From Auanema rhodensis (taxonomy: Eukaryota > Animalia > Nematoda): DNA of 64,000 nt. The stretch is taken from positions 21,390,001 through 21,454,000 of the forward strand of contig OZ059899.1 of assembly GCA_964057225.1 (NCBI GenBank), read 5' to 3'. This document shows positions 56,501 to 64,000 of this stretch, piece after piece. Positions within the stretch are counted from its first letter, which is position 1, and each line of letters begins with the position of its first letter. The translations under genes were made by a program, and so were the position numbers. Under the pieces are notes generated by a model that saw only the letters and a list, made by a program, of their open reading frames with translations, was not told the DNA's origin and searched no databases.

Positions 56501-59500
56501 CCCATGTCCATATTAGTCTAAAAACCAATTTTATTGATATTGGTGCATGGTAACCATGACTTTGAAATTTACGTGAACTTTAATTTATGCTAATTAAATG
56601 TACACGTGATGTGCACTTGGTATGTAACTCGCTTCACGTGAAAGATAAAGAGATGCGGTTTTAAAATTAGATTCCCCATGTCCATATTAGTCTAAAAACA
56701 ATTTTTATTGATATTGGTGCATGGTAACCATGACTTTGAAATTTACGTGAACTTTAATTATGCTAATTAAATGTACACGTGATGTGCACTTGGTATGTAA
56801 CTCGCTTCACGTGAAAGATAAAGAGATGCGGTTTTTAAAATTAGATTCCCCATGTCCATATTAGTCTAAAAACCAATTTTTATTGATATTGGTGCATGGT
56901 AACCATGACTTTGAAATTTACGTGAACTTTAATTTATGCTAATTAAATGTACACGTGATGTGCACTTGGTATGTAACTCGCTTCACGTGAAAGATAAAGA
57001 GATGCGGTTTTCAAAATTAGATTCCCCATGTCCATATTAGTCTAAAAACAAATTTTTATTGATATTGGTTCATGGTAACCATGACTTTGAAATTTACGTG
57101 AACTTTAATTTATGCTAATTAAATGTACACGTGATGTGCACTTGGTATGTAACTCGCTTCACGTGAAAGATAAAGAGATGCGGTTTTCAAAATTAGATTC
57201 CCCATGTCCATATTAGTCTAAAAACCAATTTTTATTGATATTGGTGCATGGTAACCATGACTTTGAAATTTACGTGAACTTTAATTTATGCTAATTAAAT
57301 GTACACGTGATGTGCACTTGGTATGTAACTCGCTTCACGTGAAAGATAAAGAGATGCGGTTTTCAAATTAGATTCCCATGTCCATATTAGTCTAAAAACC
57401 AATTTTTATTGATATTGGTGCATGGTAACCATGACTTTGAAATTTACGTGAACTTTAATTTATGCTAATTAAATGTACACGTGATGTGCACTTGGTATGT
57501 AACTCGCTTCACGTGAAAGATAAAGAGATGCGGTTTTAAAATTAGATTCCCCATGTCCATATTAGTCTAAAAACCAATTTTTATTGATATTGGTGCATGG
57601 TAACCATGACTTTGAAATTTACGTGAACTTTAATTTATGCTAATTAAATGTACACGTGATGTGCACTTGGTAAGTAACTCGCTTCACGTGAAAGATAAAG
57701 AGATGCGGTTTTCAAAATTAGATTCCCCATGTCCATATTAGTCTAAAAACCAATTTTTATTGATATTGGTGCATGGTAACCATGACTTTGAAATTTACGT
57801 GAACTTTAATTTATGCTAATTAAATGTACACGTGATGTGCACTTGGTATGTAACTCGCTTCACGTGAAAGATAAAGAGATGCGGTTTTCAAAATTAGATT
57901 CCCCATGTCCATATTAGTCTAAAAACAAATTTTTATTGATATTGGTTCATGGTAAACATGACTTTGAAATTTACGTGAACTTTAATTTATGCTAATTAAA
58001 TGTACACGTGATGTGCACTTGGTATGTAACTCGCTTCACGTGAAAGATAAAGAGATGCGGTTTTCAAAATTAGATTCCCCATGTCCATATTAGTCTAAAA
58101 ACCAATTTTTATTGATATTGGTGCATGGTAACCATGACTTTGAAATTTACGTGAACTTTAATTTATGCTAATTAAATGTACACGTGATGTGCACTTGGTA
58201 TGTAACTCGCTTCACGTGAAAGATAAAGAGATGCGGTTTTTAAAATTAGATTCCCCATGTCCATATTAGTCTAAAAACCAATTTTTATTGATATTGGTGC
58301 ATGGTAACCATGACTTTGAAATTTACGTGAACTTTAATTTATGCTAATTAAATGTACACGTGATGTGCACTTGGTATGTAACTCGCTTCACGTGAAAGAT
58401 AAAGAGATGCGGTTTTTTAAAATTAGATTCCCCATGTCCATATTAGTCTAAAAACCAATTTTTATTGATATTGGTGCATGGTAACCATGACTTTGAAATT
58501 TACGTGAACTTTAATTTATGCTAATTAAATGTACACGTGATGTGCACTTGGTATGTAACTCGCTTCACGTGAAAGATAAAGAGATGCGGTTTTTCAAAAT
58601 TAGATTCCCCATGTCCATATTAGTCTAAAAACCAATTTTTATTGATATTGGTGCATGGTAACCATGACTTTGAAATTTACGTGAACTTTAATTTATGCTA
58701 ATTAAATGTACACGTGATGTGCACTTGGTATGTAACTCGCTTCACGTGAAAGATAAAGAGATGCGGTTTTCTAAAATTAGATTCCCCATGTCCATATTAG
58801 TCTAAAAACCAATTTTTATTGATATTGGTGCATGGTAACCATGACTTTGAAATTTACGTGAACTTTAATTTATGCTAATTAAATGTACACGTGATGTGCA
58901 CTTGGTATGTAACTCGCTTCACGTGAAAGATAAAGAGATGCGGTTTTTAAAATTAGATTCCCCATGTCCATATTAGTCTAAAAACCAATTTTTATTGATA
59001 TTGGTGCATGGTAACCATGACTTTGAAATTTACGTGAACTTTAATTTATGCTAATTAAATGTACACGTGATGTGCACTTGGTATGTAACTCGCTTCACGT
59101 GAAAGATAAAGAGATGCGGTTTCAAAATTAGATTCCCCATGTCCATATTAGTCTAAAAACAAATTTTTATTGATATTGGTTCATGGTAACCATGACTTTG
59201 AAATTTACGTGAACTTTAATTTATGCTAATTAAATGTACACGTGATGTGCACTTGGTATGTAACTCGCTTCACGTGAAAGATAAAGAGATGCGGTTTTCA
59301 AAATTAGATTCCCCATGTCCATATTAGTCTAAAAACAAATTTTTATTGATATTGGTTCATGGTAACCATGACTTTGAAATTTACGTGAACTTTAATTTAT
59401 GCTAATTAAATGTACACGTGATGTGCACTTGGTATGTAACTCGCTTCACGTGAAGATAAAGAGATGCGGTTTTCAAAATTAGATTCCCCATGTCCATATT

Positions 59501-62500
59501 AGTCTAAAAACCAATTTTTATTGATATTGGTGCATGGTAACCATGACTTTGAAATTTACGTGAACTTTAATTTATGCTAATTAAATGTACACGTGATGTG
59601 CACTTGGTATGTAACTCGCTTCACGTGAAAGATAAAGAGATGCGGTTTTCAAAATTAGATTCCCCATGTCCATATTAGTCTAAAAACAAATTTTTATTGA
59701 TATTGGTTCATGGTAAACATGACTTTGAAATTTACGTGAACTTTAATTTATGCTAATTAAATGTACACGTGATGTGCACTTGGTAAGTAACTCGCTTCAC
59801 GTGAAAGATAAAGAGATGCGGTTTTCAAAATTAGATTCCCCATGTCCATATTAGTCTAAAAACCAATTTTTATTGATATTGGTGCATGGTAACCATGACT
59901 TTGAAATTTACGTGAACTTTAATTTATGCTAATTAAATGTACACGTGATGTGCACTTGGTATGTAACTCGCTTCACGTGAAAGATAAAGAGATGCGGTTT
60001 TCAAAATTAGATTCCCCATGTCCATATTAGTCTAAAAACAAATTTTTATTGATATTGGTTCATGGTAACCATGACTTTGAAATTTACGTGAACTTTAATT
60101 TATGCTAATTAAATGTACACGTGATGTGCACTTGGTATGTAACTCGCTTCACGTGAAAGATAAAGAGATGCGGTTTTCAAAATTAGATTCCCCATGTCCA
60201 TATTAGTCTAAAAACAATTTTTATTGATATTGGTGCATGGTAACCATGACTTTGAAATTTACGTGAACTTTAATTTATGCTAATTAAATGTACACGTGAT
60301 GTGCACTTGGTATGTAACTCGCTTCACGTGAAAGATAAAGAGATGCGGTTTTCAAAATTAGATTCCCCATGTCCATATTAGTCTAAAAACCAATTTTTAT
60401 TGATATTGGTGCATGGTAACCATGACTTTGAAATTTACGTGAACTTTAATTTATGCTAATTAAATGTACACGTGATGTGCACTTGGTATGTAACTCGCTT
60501 CACGTGAAAGATAAAGAGATGCGGTTTTCAAAATTAGATTCCCCATGTCCATATTAGTCTAAAAACCAAATTTTATTGATATTGGTTCATGGTAACCATG
60601 ACTTTGAAATTTACGTGAACTTTAATTTATGCTAATTAAATGTACACGTGATGTGCACTTGGTATGTAACTCGCTTCACGTGAAAGATAAAGAGATGCGG
60701 TTTTCAAATTAGATTCCCCATGTCCATATTAGTCTAAAAACAAATTTTTATTGATATTGGTTCATGGTAACCATGACTTTGAAATTTACGTGAACTTTAA
60801 TTTATGCTAATTAAATGTACACGTGATGTGCACTTGGTATGTAACTCGCTTCACGTGAAAGATAAAGAGATGCGGTTTTTAAAATTAGATTCCCCATGTC
60901 CATATTAGTCTAAAAACCAATTTTTATTGATATTGGTGCATGGTAACCATGACTTTGAAATTTACGTGAACTTTAATTTATGCTAATTAAATGTACACGT
61001 GATGTGCACTTGGTATGTAACTCGCTTCACGTGAAAGATAAAGAGATGCGGTTTCAAAATTAGATTCCCCATGTCCATATTAGTCTAAAAACAATTTTTA
61101 TTGATATTGGTGCATGGTAACCATGACTTTGAAATTTACGTGAACTTTAATTTATGCTAATTAAATGTACACGTGATGTGCACTTGGTATGTAACTCGCT
61201 TCACGTGAAAGATAAAGAGATGCGGTTTTCAAAATTAGATTCCCCATGTCCATATTAGTCTAAAAACAAATTTTTATTGATATTGGTTCATGGTAACCAT
61301 GACTTTGAAATTTACGTGAACTTTAATTTATGCTAATTAAATGTACACGTGATGTGCACTTGGTATGTAACTCGCTTCACGTGAAAGATAAAGAGATGCG
61401 GTTTTCAAATTAGATTCCCCATGTCCATATTAGTCTAAAAACAAATTTTTATTGATATTGGTTCATGGTAAACATGACTTTGAAATTTACGTGAACTTTA
61501 ATTTATGCTAATTAAATGTACACGTGATGTGCACTTGGTATGTAACTCGCTTCACGTGAAAGATAAAGAGATGCGGTTTTAAAATTAGATTCCCCATGTC
61601 CATATTAGTCTAAAAACCAATTTTTATTGATATTGGTGCATGGTAACCATGACTTTGAAATTTACGTGAACTTTAATTTATGCTAATTAAATGTACACGT
61701 GATGTGCACTTGGTATGTAACTCGCTTCACGTGAAAGATAAAGAGATGCGGTTTTCAAAATTAGATTCCCCATGTCCATATTAGTCTAAAAACAAATTTT
61801 TATTGATATTGGTTCATGGTAACCATGACTTTGAAATTTACGTGAACTTTAATTTATGCTAATTAAATGTACACGTGATGTGCACTTGGTATGTAACTCG
61901 CTTCACGTGAAAGATAAAGAGATGCGGTTTTCAAAATTAGATTCCCCATGTCCATATTAGTCTAAAACAAATTTTTATTGATATTGGTTCATGGTAAACA
62001 TGACTTTGAAATTTACGTGAACTTTAATTTATGCTAATTAAATGTACACGTGATGTGCACTTGGTATGTAACTCGCTTCACGTGAAAGATAAAGAGATGC
62101 GGTTTTCAAAATTAGATTCCCCATGTCCATATTAGTCTAAAAACCAATTTTTATTGATATTGGTGCATGGTAACCATGACTTTGAAATTTACGTGAACTT
62201 TAATTTATGCTAATTAAATGTACACGTGATGTGCACTTGGTATGTAACTCGCTTCACGTGAAAGATAAAGAGATGCGGTTTTCAAAATTAGATTCCCCAT
62301 GTCCATATTAGTCTAAAAACAAATTTTTATTGATATTGGTTCATGGTAACCATGACTTTGAAATTTACGTGAACTTTAATTTATGCTAATTAAATGTACA
62401 CGTGATGTGCACTTGGTATGTAACTCGCTTCACGTGAAAGATAAAGAGATGCGGTTTTCAAAATTAGATTCCCCATGTCCATATTAGTCTAAAAACAAAT

Positions 62501-64000
62501 TTTTATTGATATTGGTTCATGGTAACCATGACTTTGAAATTTACGTGAACTTTAATTTATGCTAATTAAATGTACACGTGATGTGCACTTGGTATGTAAC
62601 TCGCTTCACGTGAAAGATAAAGAGATGCGGTTTTCAAAATTAGATTCCCCATGTCCATATTAGTCTAAAAACAAATTTTTATTGATATTGGTTCATGGTA
62701 ACCATGACTTTGAAATTTACGTGAACTTTAATTTATGCTAATTAAATGTACACGTGATGTGCACTTGGTATGTAACTCGCTTCACGTGAAGATAAAGAGA
62801 TGCGGTTTTCAAAATTAGATTCCCCATGTCCATATTAGTCTAAAAACAATTTTTATTGATATTGGTGCATGGTAACCATGACTTTGAAATTTACGTGAAC
62901 TTTAATTTATGCTAATTAAATGTACACGTGATGTGCACTTGGTATGTAACTCGCTTCACGTGAAAGATAAAGAGATGCGGTTTTCAAAATTAGATTCCCA
63001 TGTCCATATTAGTCTAAAAACAAATTTTTATTGATATTGGTTCATGGTAACCATGACTTTGAAATTTACGTGAACTTTAATTTATGCTAATTAAATGTAC
63101 ACGTGATGTGCACTTGGTATGTAACTCGCTTCACGTGAAAAGATAAAGAGATGCGGTTTCAAAATTAGATTCCCCATGTCCATATTAGTCTAAAAACAAG
63201 TTTTTATTGATATTGGTGCATGGTAACCATGACTTTGAAATTTACGTGAACTTTAATTTATGCTAATTAAATGTACACGTGATGTGCACTTGGTATGTAA
63301 CTCGCTTCACGTGAAAGATAAAGAGATGCAGTTTTCAAAATTAGATTCCCCATGTCCATATTAGTCTAAAAACCAATTTTTATTGATATTGGTGCATGGT
63401 AACCATGACTTTGAAATTTACGTGAACTTTAATTTATGCTAATTAAATGTACACGTGATGTGCACTTGGTATGTAACTCGCTTCACGTGAAAGATAAAGA
63501 GATGCGGTTTTCAAATTAGATTCCCCATGTCCATATTAGTCTAAAAACAAATTTTTATTGATATTGGTTCATGGTAACCATGACTTTGAAATTTACGTGA
63601 ACTTTAATTTATGCTAATTAAATGTACACGTGATGTGCACTTGGTATGTAACTCGCTTCACGTGAAAGATAAAGAGATGCGGTTTTCAAAATTAGATTCC
63701 CCATGTCCATATTAGTCTAAAAACAAATTTTTATTGATATTGGTTCATGGTAAACATGACTTTGAAATTTACGTGAACTTTAATTTATGCTAATTAAATG
63801 TACACGTGATGTGCACTTGGTATGTAACTCGCTTCACGTGAAAGATAAAGAGATGCGGTTTTCAAAATTAGATTCCCCATGTCCATATTAGTCTAAAAAC
63901 AAATTTTTATTGATATTGGTTCATGGTAAACATGACTTTGAAATTTACGTGAACTTTAATTTATGCTAATTAAATGTACACGTGATGTGCACTTGGTATG
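26575..64000. repeat. Satellite array B: ~213 head-to-tail copies of a 176-bp AT-rich monomer (truncated by the window end)
   Basis: ttagattccccatgtcc occurs at 26581 and 26757 (period 176) and at 27461 (5x176 later), continuing uninterrupted to 64000. Main variable sites are aac(a/c)aa, ggt(t/g)cat, gtaa(c/a)cat, atg(c/t)taa and tttt(c/t)aaaa. Hand count of GC in the first monomer is 57/176 (~32%). Confidence 0.99.
26635..26731. other. Palindrome and E-box-type motif cluster in each B monomer (shown for copy 1)
   Basis: catggt-a-accatg (26635-26647); acgtgaac-tttaatt...aattaaa-tgtacacgt (26660-26696); cacgtg (26692-26697); gtgcac (26700-26705); perfect 10-bp palindrome ttcacgtgaa (26722-26731). 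Confidence 0.85.

Noticed and set aside
1-64000. CRISPR array or repeat-spacer system
   Set aside because: There are no unique spacers. Entire monomers are repeated nearly identically and no cas or other genes are present.
26575-64000. Assignment to a known ~176-178-bp satellite (Brassica CentBr, Arabidopsis CEN178, honeybee AluI)
   Set aside because: Only the length matches. I do not recognise the sequence as any of these, and B has no AGCT/AAGCTT site. A database search is needed.
1-64000. Tandem RNA gene arrays (5S rRNA, tRNA, snRNA, spliced leader) or telomeric repeats
   Set aside because: Neither monomer shows a recognisable 5S or tRNA sequence, Pol III A/B/C boxes or short telomeric motifs on either strand.

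Overview
The whole 64-kb window is non-coding, AT-rich tandem satellite DNA, made of two different head-to-tail arrays joined at one sharp junction. Array A (1..~26574) has a 351-bp monomer (350-352 bp variants), about 76 copies and about 31% GC. Array B (~26575..64000) has a 176-bp monomer, about 213 copies and about 32% GC. Both run off the window edges. Monomers within each array are nearly identical, differing at a few recurrent diagnostic positions. These variants reveal local multi-monomer duplications (2-, 4-, 5- and 6-mer in A; 7-, 11-, 12-, 14- and 15-mer spacings in B). Both monomers are rich in dyad symmetries, and B carries two CACGTG motifs per unit. The monomer lengths are almost exactly 1:2 and in the mono-/di-nucleosome range, which suggests eukaryotic heterochromatic, possibly (peri)centromeric, satellite (inference). 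I cannot assign the organism or a named satellite family. I found no credible gene, RNA gene, transposon or CRISPR array, and no evidence of a novel protein-coding system. The single ORF is an accident of one SNP. Single-base homopolymer indels rise abruptly after ~55 kb and probably reflect lower sequence quality.
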